Assembly (NCBI GenBank): GCA_938006335.1
Contig: CALLMF010000001.1
Span: forward strand, 30,253-94,252
Origin: an uncultured Granulosicoccaceae bacterium
Lineage (GTDB): Bacteria > Pseudomonadota > Gammaproteobacteria > Granulosicoccales > Granulosicoccaceae
Direction: 5' to 3'
DNA: 64,000 nt
Numbering within the stretch: the stretch's first letter is position 1; each line of letters opens with the position of its first letter. Shown in pieces: positions 1 through 9,473 of this stretch. A model generated the notes under the pieces. That model was not told the origin of the DNA, ran no database searches, and worked only from the letters and a program-made list of their open reading frames with translations. Both the position numbers and the translations under genes were made by a program.

Positions 1-2
1 AG

Positions 3-407
3 TTGTTGATGCTGGCCGACTCAGTGGCCGACGAATCAGGTCCGGTGATCGTCACAGGCGACCTCAATGATGTTGCCTGGTCGCGTACGACACGTTTGTT
101 CTGCAACATCAGCGGACTTCTTGATCCGCGAATTGGGCGGGGTCTGATCAATACCTTTCATACGAACTATCGTTTTCTACGATGGCCGCTGGATCACTTC
201 TTCGTATCAGATCACGTGCGGCTGTTGGCGTTACGCCGGTTACCGTCCATTGGCTCGGACCACTTCCCGATGTTGATCGAAATAGCCGTGGGCCCATCAC
301 GCGCCGTAGACGCCAAGACACGCTCTGCTGGAATTGATCGTGAACTGGAACAGGACACGCGCGACACCGATGTCGCTGCCACCGCGGTAACCCCATCCGA
401 GGTGTGA
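3..407 (+). CDS. Endonuclease/exonuclease/phosphatase (EEP) family protein, C-terminal part (5' truncated by window edge)
   Basis: Motifs VIVTGDLND, TFH...WPLDHFF and GSDHFP are typical of the EEP fold; the frame is open from the window start. Confidence 0.85.
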   Translation: MLMLADSVADESGPVIVTGDLNDVAWSRTTRLFCNISGLLDPRIGRGLINTFHTNYRFLRWPLDHFFVSDHVRLLALRRLPSIGSDHFPMLIEIAVGPSRAVDAKTRSAGIDRELEQDTRDTDVAATAVTPSEV

Positions 408-449
408 CACGAGCGTAGCGAAGACGCACGCCGGGAGCAACACGCGGCC

Positions 450-1136
450 TCAGGTGCCGCTTGCGTCCTGCTCGAAGCGCGTGATCGCTGCCGCGCTATC
501 CGGTCGCTCCAGCATGTCCTCGAGCACCAGAGGCGCGACCGTCAAGGTATCGCAGCCTGCGGCCGCAAGCTCACCGGCGATGCGCGCGGAGCGAATACTG
601 GCAACCAGTACACGGGTACGTCTCTCTGCAGGGATGCCCTGCATGATCTTGAGCATGTCCTGCACGATGGCATCGGCATCGCGACCATCGTCTCGCAGAC
701 GGCCGTGATACGGTGCGACATAGTCAACGCCAATGGATGCCGCTGCGACGGCTTGCTCAACGCCATAGACTGCGGTCATCGTGACGCGTATCTCCTGGTC
801 CAGCAGGCGATGCGCAGCGGTCAGGCCGGCCTCGTTCATCGGAAGCTTGATGACCATCTGTGGCGAGATATCGGCAAGCTGCTGACCGATGCTCTGATAC
901 TGCTCGGCGGAACCGCCCCAGGCCTGAGCTTGAAACTCGGTAGCCCCAAGATCAAATGCAAGACAGGCAAGATCCCTGATCGCACGAGGCGTGCAGTCCA
1001 CACCCGCTCGGTGCAGCAAGGTGGGATTGGTGGTGACTCCATGCAACACACCACACGGCAACCAGCGCTTGAGCGCAGTTGCATCAGCGGAGTCGATAAA
1101 CAGGCGGTGTTGGTGCAGAGGCATGACAGGAACCAT
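450..1136 (-). CDS. Transaldolase/fructose-6-phosphate aldolase (TalC/FSA) family protein
   Basis: Motifs FIDSAD, GVTTNPTLL, Schiff-base VIKLP, YVAPYHGR and VLVASIRS; alternative start ATG at 1124. Confidence 0.85.
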   Translation of the reverse strand: MVPVMPLHQHRLFIDSADATALKRWLPCGVLHGVTTNPTLLHRAGVDCTPRAIRDLACLAFDLGATEFQAQAWGGSAEQYQSIGQQLADISPQMVIKLPMNEAGLTAAHRLLDQEIRVTMTAVYGVEQAVAAASIGVDYVAPYHGRLRDDGRDADAIVQDMLKIMQGIPAERRTRVLVASIRSARIAGELAAAGCDTLTVAPLVLEDMLERPDSAAAITRFEQDASGT

Positions 1137-1190
1137 ACCTCATCGAATTGCCGCCTGGACAGGCTCGGGGAGCATTGCTCGGACCCACGT

Positions 1191-1835
1191 CTAGATCGCG
1201 CCGCGATCAGCCTTCAGCTCACGATAACGTAGAAGGTCGGACTCGAACTTGTCGGCAACTTCACGTCGCTCGGCCGCTTTCGAATCGATCAGTGACCACG
1301 CATTCTCGATGTTGCGCTGGATACTCATCTGCTCGGCATACAGGGAGTCCTGGGCCTTGCCTTCACCCATCGACTTTTCCTGCATCTGTACACGCGTGTC
1401 GACCACCATGAGGCGGTCGGACAAGATGCGAATGCGATCGTCCAGTCGACTGATCAGGCCATCGATCATGCCAACGCGATCGTCGCGGGTGCGCACAAGG
1501 TCTTCTTCGTTGGTAAACGTGGCAAGCAATGCCCGGTCGCGGATACGTGCAAGCTCCTGCTCACGCTCCACCTTGCGCTGCTGGCGTCGCTGCTCTCGAC
1601 CCAGTACCTGTTCGAGTACCACGCCCTGGTTGTTCAGAATGCTGTGACCATCATCCTGTGTGGAATCGGGCGCACGGTCCTGGTAGGTGGTCAGACCTTC
1701 GTTCTGCCATTTGTATACCGGTTCAGACTGGGCGGCCACGGCACTCGGCAACAGGCAGACAAGCACCCCCGCACCAAGCATCCACATGAACAGTCGATAC
1801 ATCGCACGAGCGGCTGTTTGATCTTGCAAGGTCAT
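1191..1835 (-). CDS. DUF4124-like exported protein with coiled-coil C-terminus
   Basis: Signal peptide ending AAQ, then VYKWQNEG..TYQDRAP, then an R/Q/E-rich helical region. Confidence 0.6.
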   Translation of the reverse strand: MTLQDQTAARAMYRLFMWMLGAGVLVCLLPSAVAAQSEPVYKWQNEGLTTYQDRAPDSTQDDGHSILNNQGVVLEQVLGREQRRQQRKVEREQELARIRDRALLATFTNEEDLVRTRDDRVGMIDGLISRLDDRIRILSDRLMVVDTRVQMQEKSMGEGKAQDSLYAEQMSIQRNIENAWSLIDSKAAERREVADKFESDLLRYRELKADRGAI

Positions 1836-2016
1836 ACAAGCTACCTCTGCACCTTGAGTTACGTGACGAATGAAGCGGCTACCCCTTTCGATCAGGAGCG
1901 ATTGCCATCAGGAGTTTTAGCGTCAGTACCCGGCTCACTTTAAGAGATCACAACAGAATCTGTGAACCAGATCGCGAGTCACTTTTTGCCCCTTGGCATA
2001 GGTAGACTCCCATGCC

Positions 2017-2799
2017 ATGCGCATCATCACGGCCAATGTCAACGGTATCCGCTCAGCCGCGTCCAAGGGCTTTTTCAGCTGGCTGTCGCGCCAACGTGCC
2101 GATTTTGTGTGTCTGCAGGAAACCAAGGCACAGGAACATCAGCTCACAGACCCCGTGTTTCGTCCTCGATCGTTCCAGGTGTGGTTCCACGACGCGGAGA
2201 AAAAAGGCTACAGCGGCACCGCCCTGTACTCGAAACATGCGCCGGAGTCGGTCACCACCGGTCTTGATATCGACTGGATCGACCGTGAGGGACGCTATCT
2301 GGAGCTACGCTTTCCCAATCTGATCGTCGTGTCGCTATACATGCCCTCGGGCAGCAGTGGGGATGTGCGCCAAGCCTACAAGATCCGCATGATGGATGCC
2401 TTTCTGCCACACCTCAGGAAACTGCGTGCGACAGGTCGACCGGTTGTCATCTGCGGTGACTGGAACATCGCCCATACCGAGGCAGACATCCGCAACTGGC
2501 GCAATAACCGCAAGAATTCCGGGTTTCTGCCCGAAGAGCGCGCGTGGCTGAGCCATCTGTTCGACAAGGAAGGCTATGCCGACGCGTTTCGTTGCTTGCC
2601 GCAAAAGCCGCACGAATACACGTGGTGGTCGCAACGCGGCCAGGCTCGTGCGAATAACGTGGGCTGGCGTATCGACTACCAGATCACGAGCGACGATCTC
2701 GCCTCACGTGTGCGTCGAACCCGAGTCTATCGAGACAAGGTTTTCTCGGACCATGCGCCGCTGATCATCGACTACGAGCACGACGTTGCCGGGGTATGA
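2017..2799 (+). CDS. xth: Exodeoxyribonuclease III
   Basis: Motifs MRIITANVNGIRSA, LQETK, CGDWNIAH, YTWWS, GWRIDY and SDHAP. Confidence 0.95.
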   Translation: MRIITANVNGIRSAASKGFFSWLSRQRADFVCLQETKAQEHQLTDPVFRPRSFQVWFHDAEKKGYSGTALYSKHAPESVTTGLDIDWIDREGRYLELRFPNLIVVSLYMPSGSSGDVRQAYKIRMMDAFLPHLRKLRATGRPVVICGDWNIAHTEADIRNWRNNRKNSGFLPEERAWLSHLFDKEGYADAFRCLPQKPHEYTWWSQRGQARANNVGWRIDYQITSDDLASRVRRTRVYRDKVFSDHAPLIIDYEHDVAGV

Positions 2800-3228
2800 G
2801 TCTGCCCGGCCCTGCATCGCGACCGCTTCTCTGAGGGCCTTTTCCAGGGCCATCATGTAGCGCTTGCCCGGACGCTCGACAAGCAGCCTGTTGCCATCGT
2901 CCAGCACCACCTCCAGACGAAAGACATCGCGCTGCACAAACGCAAACCACGACGCAGTCAGACAGATCAGGAGACTGGCCACCAGCAATACCCGCCCGAA
3001 CCAATAAGGCATGCCAGTCTGGTGCATGCCAAAGGCCGCGATCACGACAAGGGCAAGACTCACGAAAAACAGCTGCGTCCACGACCGGCGCGACACGGCG
3101 TGCTGTGCAAAACGCACCTGACGCAGTGTCTGCATGGCATGGCTGGTATCACCGAGCGTCAACCAGGTCGGTGTCACACGTACCCCATCGTCATCAAACA
3201 GTGGAGCCTCTTCGCTGGTGTGCGGCAT
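2704..3228 (-). CDS. Hypothetical membrane protein (DUF6232-like)
   Basis: N-terminal GVRVTPTWLTLG beta segment and two hydrophobic helices; the 3' end overlaps xth. Confidence 0.55.
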   Translation of the reverse strand: MPHTSEEAPLFDDDGVRVTPTWLTLGDTSHAMQTLRQVRFAQHAVSRRSWTQLFFVSLALVVIAAFGMHQTGMPYWFGRVLLVASLLICLTASWFAFVQRDVFRLEVVLDDGNRLLVERPGKRYMMALEKALREAVAMQGRADSYPGNVVLVVDDQRRMVRENLVSIDSGSTHT

Positions 3229-3264
3229 GGCAGAAAGGAAGTACGCCAGTGTTGCCTGCAGGTG

Positions 3265-4113
3265 TCAGCCTGCCAGATGGTTCGCCCAATCAACACCCGT
3301 GTCGCCAAAGACGAGAAAGTGTGGATTGATCAAGGTGTCCCTCTCGTTATAGCGCAAGCTTTCCATTCGTGTGTTGGTCAAGTGGCCACCGGCCTCCTCG
3401 ACGATGCATTGCGCAGCCCCGGTATCCCACTCCCCGGTCGGGCCCAATCGAGCGTAGACATCCGCCGCACCCTCGGCCACCAGACACGACTTGAGGGCCG
3501 AGCCCATGGAAATCTCACCATGCTTGCCAAGGCTGTCCAGAAAACGCTTGAGCCTCGCACTGGTGGACGTACAGCGACTACGAGCAACCACCATTCCCGA
3601 CTCAGGAACGCTACGTACATGGATGGGCGTCGTCAGCGAGCCGGTCTCGGAATACGTCTGCTTCCAGGCGCCTTCGCCACGTACCGCGTGATAGGCAACA
3701 CCCAGCACCGGCGCCACGATCACACCGAGTACCGGTTGGTGATCCACGACCAGCGCGATGTTGACGGCAAACTCGCCGTTGCGCTTGAGAAATTCACGGG
3801 TGCCATCCAGCGGATCTACCAGCCAGTAGGCCGGCCAGTCGACACGCTCTTCCAATGGCACGATGCCAGACTCTTCACTGAGGACCGGCAGGCTGGGTGC
3901 CAGGCTCCCGAGGCGCTCGACGATGACATCGTGCGCGGCCATGTCAGCGGTAGTCACCGGCGACTGATCATCCTTGATGACCACTTCGACCGAATCAACG
4001 CCTTCACCGGCGGAACCGTAGACATCGAGAATACACTCACCGGCGTGCTCCGCGACGACCAGAGCCTGATCACGGAGGGCGCACAACGTTGCATTGTTCA
4101 AGGTCGATGTCAT
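3265..4113 (-). CDS. cysQ: 3'(2'),5'-bisphosphate nucleotidase
   Basis: Motifs KDDQSPVTTAD, LSEES, WLVDPLDGTREF, GSALK and EWDTGAAQ. Confidence 0.93.
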   Translation of the reverse strand: MTSTLNNATLCALRDQALVVAEHAGECILDVYGSAGEGVDSVEVVIKDDQSPVTTADMAAHDVIVERLGSLAPSLPVLSEESGIVPLEERVDWPAYWLVDPLDGTREFLKRNGEFAVNIALVVDHQPVLGVIVAPVLGVAYHAVRGEGAWKQTYSETGSLTTPIHVRSVPESGMVVARSRCTSTSARLKRFLDSLGKHGEISMGSALKSCLVAEGAADVYARLGPTGEWDTGAAQCIVEEAGGHLTNTRMESLRYNERDTLINPHFLVFGDTGVDWANHLAG

Positions 4114-4275
4114 GACCGGTGGGTTTCCGGTGTCTTTGATTCAGCGTAGCGGTCTCGCTCCAAAGACATTAAATATATAGACCTAAAACGCCAACCCGGT
4201 TCCGTTCAATTCACGATGTGCAACATGGGTAATAGCACCGACGCTCGAAAAACGGTCGACAGCATTTCCATGGCA

Positions 4276-5046
4276 CTACATCAATCGATTCACGTTGCCG
4301 CTCTGCTGAACACGATAACGCCCTGCCGCATCCGGTCGTCCGAGCTGGCTGAGGTTATCGACCAGTGCAGCAGACGCCGTGTCCTCAGCGGTCAACTGAA
4401 CATCCACCGTGTAGTCACCGTTCTGGGCGAGCGTGAAACTGCCGTTGCCGGTGACATCACCACCGGCTGCCGAGAAAGTGCCTGAGTGGGTGCCATCGCC
4501 ATTGGGTTCGACCACGATGCGAACCGTTCCAAAACGTGCGGCAATCGGCCTTTCGAGAACGGCATCGTCCCACTCGATCTCACCGTCGAACTCGGTGAGC
4601 AGATTGTTTTCCAGCAGCACCGTCGCGATGTTCGCCGACAGGGCTCCATCAAACGCTGCAATGGGTGCAGGCAACAACGGCTCAAGCGCCTTGGCCCGAG
4701 CGGTAAGCTCAAGATCACTGACCTCGATATCGCCGTTCCACCGTCGCGTCACCAGCGCGCTGGTCTGGCCGCCATACGCGTCCAGGTCAAGTCGGGCCGC
4801 ACCACCGGACAGGAGTCGAGTCGGCGCCAGGCGCCAACGAACGTTGCTAGCCTCGAGGGGCAGCAGGTCGTCGGTAGAGGCCACACGCGCAATGGTGCCA
4901 CGCGCAAGCGGACCGGACACGCCTTCGAGCGCCACGGGTCCCAGTTGCGGGCGCAGCTTGTCAACCACCGGCGCTGCCGGAAAGAACACCAGCATCCCGA
5001 TCAAATAGCAGACCAGACCGAGCAGCACGAGCTTGACAACGCGCAT
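4276..5046 (-). CDS. gspN: Type II secretion system protein N
   Basis: N-terminal TM helix plus a beta-rich domain; last gene of the gspG-N operon; 1-nt overlap with gspM. Confidence 0.8.
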   Translation of the reverse strand: MRVVKLVLLGLVCYLIGMLVFFPAAPVVDKLRPQLGPVALEGVSGPLARGTIARVASTDDLLPLEASNVRWRLAPTRLLSGGAARLDLDAYGGQTSALVTRRWNGDIEVSDLELTARAKALEPLLPAPIAAFDGALSANIATVLLENNLLTEFDGEIEWDDAVLERPIAARFGTVRIVVEPNGDGTHSGTFSAAGGDVTGNGSFTLAQNGDYTVDVQLTAEDTASAALVDNLSQLGRPDAAGRYRVQQSGNVNRLM

Positions 5047-5522
5047 CAGCTCTTCTCGATGTTGAATCTGGCGGACACCAGCCCGGGGTCTCGACGCGAC
5101 ACCGTCATGTTGGTGACCTGCATGCCATAACTCTCGAGCTCGGCAAGGACCATGATCAGCTTGTCGAACTCGACTTCGCCGAACTGCACACGTGCACCAT
5201 TACTGCCGGCGGGTTCGTTGCGATCCGGAGCAGTCACCCCCGCCTTGCGCACGATCTCATCGACGAGCAGGTAGGGCGCCTTGTCCGAGGTATTGACCGC
5301 AGCGTTGCCGCCGACACCACCAGCGCCCTGAATGCGAGCGCCACCTTCACGTACAAAATCGAGCGTCTCGCGCTTGGTGTCTATGGCGCGTTGCGTCACA
5401 TCCAGCTTGTTGGCAATCGGATACCACAACAGCGCATACAGCAGTCCGAGCACGACCAGCGCACCGACGGCGATGACGATCAGGCGGTCGCGCGGTGTTT
5501 GTCGCAGGTACCAGTCTTTCAT
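5046..5522 (-). CDS. gspM: Type II secretion system protein M
   Basis: N-terminus W...TPRDRLIV followed by a TM helix and YALLWYP; follows gspL. Confidence 0.85.
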   Translation of the reverse strand: MKDWYLRQTPRDRLIVIAVGALVVLGLLYALLWYPIANKLDVTQRAIDTKRETLDFVREGGARIQGAGGVGGNAAVNTSDKAPYLLVDEIVRKAGVTAPDRNEPAGSNGARVQFGEVEFDKLIMVLAELESYGMQVTNMTVSRRDPGLVSARFNIEKS

Positions 5523-6748
5523 TGCACACGCACCCGGGCGCGAACGCCGTCATCTTCTCGGTTGGCGGACTGTACTTCCAGTGTCAGCGATGAGCGCTGC
5601 GCAAGATCCGACGCCAGTGCATCGAGTGACGGCACGGCATCGGTCATCAGATCCAGATCAAAACGTTCGCCACGCAGGGTGAGCGAGTTCAGGGTGGTCT
5701 GCGACTGCGCCGCGATGCTATCGACGATGGCAGCCATGTTGGCCGTGAAACCGTCGCTGCCGCCTTGACCCAGTCGCTGGAGCGCATCCTCGATCTGGCG
5801 CCTGGGGCGCTGCATGCGCGCATTGGGCAGAGCCACCTTGAACGACTCCTCGATGGCGACATCAAGGGCAGCTTCCTCGGCGCTGAGCTTGCGTAGATCC
5901 AGCCAGCGGCTACCCATGAACACGGCAAACAAGACCGCGGCAAGCACCGCTGTCCAGCGCCACGGCTTGAGACTCTTGTCGAGCTGCGTGCGCGGACTGT
6001 ATTCGCCCTGCAACAGATTGATGCGCGGTGCGTTGGCCAGTCCCGTGGCAAACAGGCCGAGACGCTCGTCGCAGCGCTTGTGTTGGACGTCGAGACCCGG
6101 CGGCACATCAAGCGTGGCCGCATCTCCGGTTTCATAAACGGTGATCTGCGCTTCCACATCGTCACCCAGGTCTTCTCGAGCGCCCTGCAGCATCAGGCCT
6201 ACCATGTCGAGATCGGTGACAAAGCCCTTGAATCCGTTGAGCCGAACCACCGCATGATCGGCATCCACCAGTGCAGTCCAGCGCCGCACCTTCCCACCAG
6301 GATCATCTCCCTGAGCGCGTTCCGGTACCGGGAGGGCCAGTGTCTCCGGCACGATCTCGGTGGGTCTCAGTCCCGCGTCCTGGCAGCTTTCGGTGACCTG
6401 ATCCATGGTGTCGCGATCGATGATGGCCACGGGGTACATGTCGCCATCGCGCTTCTGGCCGAGCGCAAAATGCAGCTCGTCGACATCGTCGGCGAGTTGT
6501 TCTTCGAGTGCATAGCGGGCGACCGCCACGGCGCGAGATGCCGACCCTCCAGGCACATGGGCTTCGGACAGCAGCACACTGTCGCCGCCCAGCACGAGCG
6601 TGGCTCGGCGCCCTTCGATGTCAGTGGCGGCCTCAGACAGCGTGCCGGACTCGACGTCGCCGTCAAGTTCGCCACGTTCGCCTGCGTACACCCAGTGGGC
6701 GTAGTCCACGGACACATCGGGCCAATGAATGATGAACTGTCTGGACAC
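5519..6748 (-). CDS. gspL: Type II secretion system protein L
   Basis: Motifs YALEEQLADDVDELHFAL, PETLALP and INLLQGEYSP...WRW; the probable start is GTG 6748 (the ORF track extends it into gspK). Confidence 0.85.
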   Translation of the reverse strand: MSRQFIIHWPDVSVDYAHWVYAGERGELDGDVESGTLSEAATDIEGRRATLVLGGDSVLLSEAHVPGGSASRAVAVARYALEEQLADDVDELHFALGQKRDGDMYPVAIIDRDTMDQVTESCQDAGLRPTEIVPETLALPVPERAQGDDPGGKVRRWTALVDADHAVVRLNGFKGFVTDLDMVGLMLQGAREDLGDDVEAQITVYETGDAATLDVPPGLDVQHKRCDERLGLFATGLANAPRINLLQGEYSPRTQLDKSLKPWRWTAVLAAVLFAVFMGSRWLDLRKLSAEEAALDVAIEESFKVALPNARMQRPRRQIEDALQRLGQGGSDGFTANMAAIVDSIAAQSQTTLNSLTLRGERFDLDLMTDAVPSLDALASDLAQRSSLTLEVQSANREDDGVRARVRVQ

Positions 6749-6767
6749 TGCTTTGTTTACCTGCCAG

Positions 6768-7832
6768 TCATGGCGTATCTCGCGAGCGATACAGCACTTC
6801 GGTGCGCCCTTCGCCGTCACGAACGAACACGGAGTACTGAGACAGCTGCAAGGTCTCGGTGATTACATCGATACGTACTTGAAAGTAGTCTGAACGAACG
6901 TCATAGCTACCCGGCGGCCCAAGATCAATGCCATTACCGCCACCCGGGTCCGCCTCATCGTCAAACAACAGGGTACTTTCGTACGGCGTGGTATCGCGGG
7001 CATCACCGGTCAGCGAATCCGGCCCTTCCGCGGCCAGATCAAAAATATCTTCACACTGAGGGTAGTCCTCATAGGCCGAACTGTCCCAACGGGAGAGATC
7101 CGCAGCGAGCCCCTTCATGTCATCCGACTGCGATGCCAGCACTTCGGGAGTCGCCGTATTGACGTTGATGGGTATCGGTCCGTTTGGCGTCGGCAAGGCA
7201 GACACATGCGGTAACAGGCGCTCGTAGTCCTCGGCCTCTTCCTCCACCGCCACGTTGAATCCCTTCACGAGCTTCAGCTCGCTGGTGCTGACAAACGGGG
7301 CGTTGGATGCGCGGTAGGCGGGATCAAGGCCAGCGTAGTAGTCGTCTTCGGCGCCATCCGGCAGCGTTGCGTCCACATCGCGGTCTATCCAGTCGAGCAC
7401 GGCCTGCACCTTGTTCACGCCTATGCCCAGTTCACCGAAGAGGCGCTGCATGCGCTCGACCTCGTAGGGCAAGGCATTGCCTTCGGCATCCACCAGGTTG
7501 TTCAGATTGAGGCGGCCCTGAAGGTCCCAGACGCAACCCTGGATGGCCGCGTTCGAATCAATCGGCACCGGCGGGATGGTTTGTGCCCAGTCGTCGTCGA
7601 GGGAATCGGTGTTGTTGCGATCGCCCGTTTCGCGATCGCGAAACAGCAGCGCAGCGGCAAAGCGCTCGCCGCTGACAGCGAGGTCACGCGACAGCATGAT
7701 GGCCGCCTCGTTGCGCTCACGCTGCAGGCTCAGCTGCTGGCGACTGGCAATCGCCACCATGGTGATCGAGCCAAGGGCAACCACCAGCATGGCGGTCACG
7801 ATCGCGATACCGGATTCGCGCCGAGTGTTCAT
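6768..7832 (-). CDS. gspK: Type II secretion minor pseudopilin K
   Basis: Prepilin-like site ESG|IAIVTAML; motifs DLQGRLNLNNL, DWIDRD..DGAEDDYY and INVNTA. Confidence 0.92.
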   Translation of the reverse strand: MNTRRESGIAIVTAMLVVALGSITMVAIASRQQLSLQRERNEAAIMLSRDLAVSGERFAAALLFRDRETGDRNNTDSLDDDWAQTIPPVPIDSNAAIQGCVWDLQGRLNLNNLVDAEGNALPYEVERMQRLFGELGIGVNKVQAVLDWIDRDVDATLPDGAEDDYYAGLDPAYRASNAPFVSTSELKLVKGFNVAVEEEAEDYERLLPHVSALPTPNGPIPINVNTATPEVLASQSDDMKGLAADLSRWDSSAYEDYPQCEDIFDLAAEGPDSLTGDARDTTPYESTLLFDDEADPGGGNGIDLGPPGSYDVRSDYFQVRIDVITETLQLSQYSVFVRDGEGRTEVLYRSRDTP

Positions 7833-8464
7833 GACGGGAAGGCAAATACGCGACGCACGCGACCGAGATCCTCGAGCTCGAACTCCAGCTCGATGGCCCG
7901 CGGCAGGACCGGTACATCCTCATCGAGCGAACCGCTGTTGGCGGGTGGCCAGGTGTCGCTCCAGGAGCCTTCGGCATTGAGATAACGCAGATTCAGATCC
8001 TTGATGCGGTCGAGCAACTGGCGGGTACGACTGGGTGCTTCATCCAGGGGATCGAGGTGATACCAGTAGCTGCGCAACAAGGTATCCCCTTCGAACGACC
8101 AGGACACCCGTTGCAGATCCGACCGCGGCGGCAGTACGTTGGCAATCGGATTGGCCCACCCTGCCCGCGTCAGATCAAACAGGGAGCCACCAGCGAGGTT
8201 CACCTGAAACGCAGGTAGCGGCTCATCAACAGATGAACGCACCGGGCGATCAATCGCTTGTGTGATGTCTTCCGACAACCAGTAGAACGTGCGCTGCAAC
8301 TGTGCAAGTCGCGTGGCCTGCTCTTCGATGGCTTCTCTGGTCGCACTGATCTGCGTGAGCATCGTGAAGCCTGCGGTGCCGAGTATGGCAAGCAGAAACA
8401 TCGCGACCAACAGCTCGATGAGCGTGAAACCGCGCGAGTAACGTGGCAGCCCGCGAGCCGTCAC
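7829..8464 (-). CDS. gspJ: Type II secretion minor pseudopilin J
   Basis: RG|FTLIELLVAM methylation motif; the GTG 8464 start overlaps the gspI stop (GTGA). Confidence 0.9.
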   Translation of the reverse strand: MTARGLPRYSRGFTLIELLVAMFLLAILGTAGFTMLTQISATREAIEEQATRLAQLQRTFYWLSEDITQAIDRPVRSSVDEPLPAFQVNLAGGSLFDLTRAGWANPIANVLPPRSDLQRVSWSFEGDTLLRSYWYHLDPLDEAPSRTRQLLDRIKDLNLRYLNAEGSWSDTWPPANSGSLDEDVPVLPRAIELEFELEDLGRVRRVFAFPS

Positions 8465-8865
8465 AGACGGTAGTCCGGGTTGCCCAGAAACCCCGTGACC
8501 GAATACAGGTAGCTCTCTGCATCGCGGTCTGCGCGCACTTCGATATCGAGTCGACGCAGGTCGGCATCGGCGACACGTTGGGTGCGGGTACGCACATACC
8601 AGGTCCGCTGCACCATTTCGGTTTCGGTGTTGGTGGTTCCGAGTTCCGGCCAACCGGGTACGGCTTGCCACTCTGCCATCGTGTTGCTGGCGATCCAACG
8701 GGCAACCTCGCGGGTGCGCAGGTATTCCGCACGTTGTGCACTCGCCGCAGCGGACGTCACCAGAGCCGACACACCCACAGCGAGAATGGTCATGGCGACC
8801 AGCACTTCGATGAGCGTGAAACCGCCCGCCGCAAGCGCACTGGCGCGTCGCGAAGCGCGCATCAC
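8461..8865 (-). CDS. gspI: Type II secretion minor pseudopilin I
   Basis: GG|FTLIEVLVAM methylation motif; ~134 aa, between gspH and gspJ. Confidence 0.9.
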   Translation of the reverse strand: MMRASRRASALAAGGFTLIEVLVAMTILAVGVSALVTSAAASAQRAEYLRTREVARWIASNTMAEWQAVPGWPELGTTNTETEMVQRTWYVRTRTQRVADADLRRLDIEVRADRDAESYLYSVTGFLGNPDYRL

Positions 8866-9440
8866 GGGGTATCCACCTGCTCGAGCACGATCGGCTGGAG
8901 ATCACCGTTGGCAATCTGCCAGTTGTACTCTTCTTCCTCGTCGCGCATCAGCACGCGAAAGTCCGGTAGCAGCTCACCGTTCGATAAAAACAGCACATGC
9001 GGCACGATCGGGCTCTCCTCGGTGGCACCGCTCAGTTCTTCTTCGAGGGTTTCCAGCACCACTGGGACTCCGGAGAGGTCGAGTTCGAAGTTCACCGGAT
9101 AATCGACTTCCCGGAACGACAGGCGCTCGTCATCCACGGGCACCCAGGTTTTTTCAGCGCCCTCTTCTTCTGCAGAAAGCACCCAGAATTCATAACTCTG
9201 CGGATGAAAGCGGATACCGAACTCCGCGCGGGAATACACGGCCTGGTCTGACGCCAGCTGCATGATGAGCGCCGTACGACGCGCAGAATCCCGCATCGCC
9301 TTGCCGACGTTGCGAAAATCGATCGTGATGACTACCGCTCCCACCAGGATCGCAATGATCGCGATGGTGACCAACAGCTCGATCAGCGTGAAACCACGCG
9401 AAGCTGGGGCCGGTCGTATTCGACCAGCCTTCATGCGCAT
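8862..9440 (-). CDS. gspH: Type II secretion minor pseudopilin H
   Basis: RG|FTLIELLVTI methylation motif; P.VLFLSNGELLPDF. Confidence 0.88.
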   Translation of the reverse strand: MRMKAGRIRPAPASRGFTLIELLVTIAIIAILVGAVVITIDFRNVGKAMRDSARRTALIMQLASDQAVYSRAEFGIRFHPQSYEFWVLSAEEEGAEKTWVPVDDERLSFREVDYPVNFELDLSGVPVVLETLEEELSGATEESPIVPHVLFLSNGELLPDFRVLMRDEEEEYNWQIANGDLQPIVLEQVDTP

Positions 9441-9473
9441 CGTTTGGCCGCGCCTGCGATAGCTCGGTTTGGC

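Noticed and set aside
7829-8914. 361-aa version of gspJ and other extended starts in the ORF track (algS 31843, algQ 28812, pepN 55389, gspL 6820)
   Set aside because: The extensions overlap upstream genes; internal starts with an RBS or stop-start coupling fit the family N-termini better.
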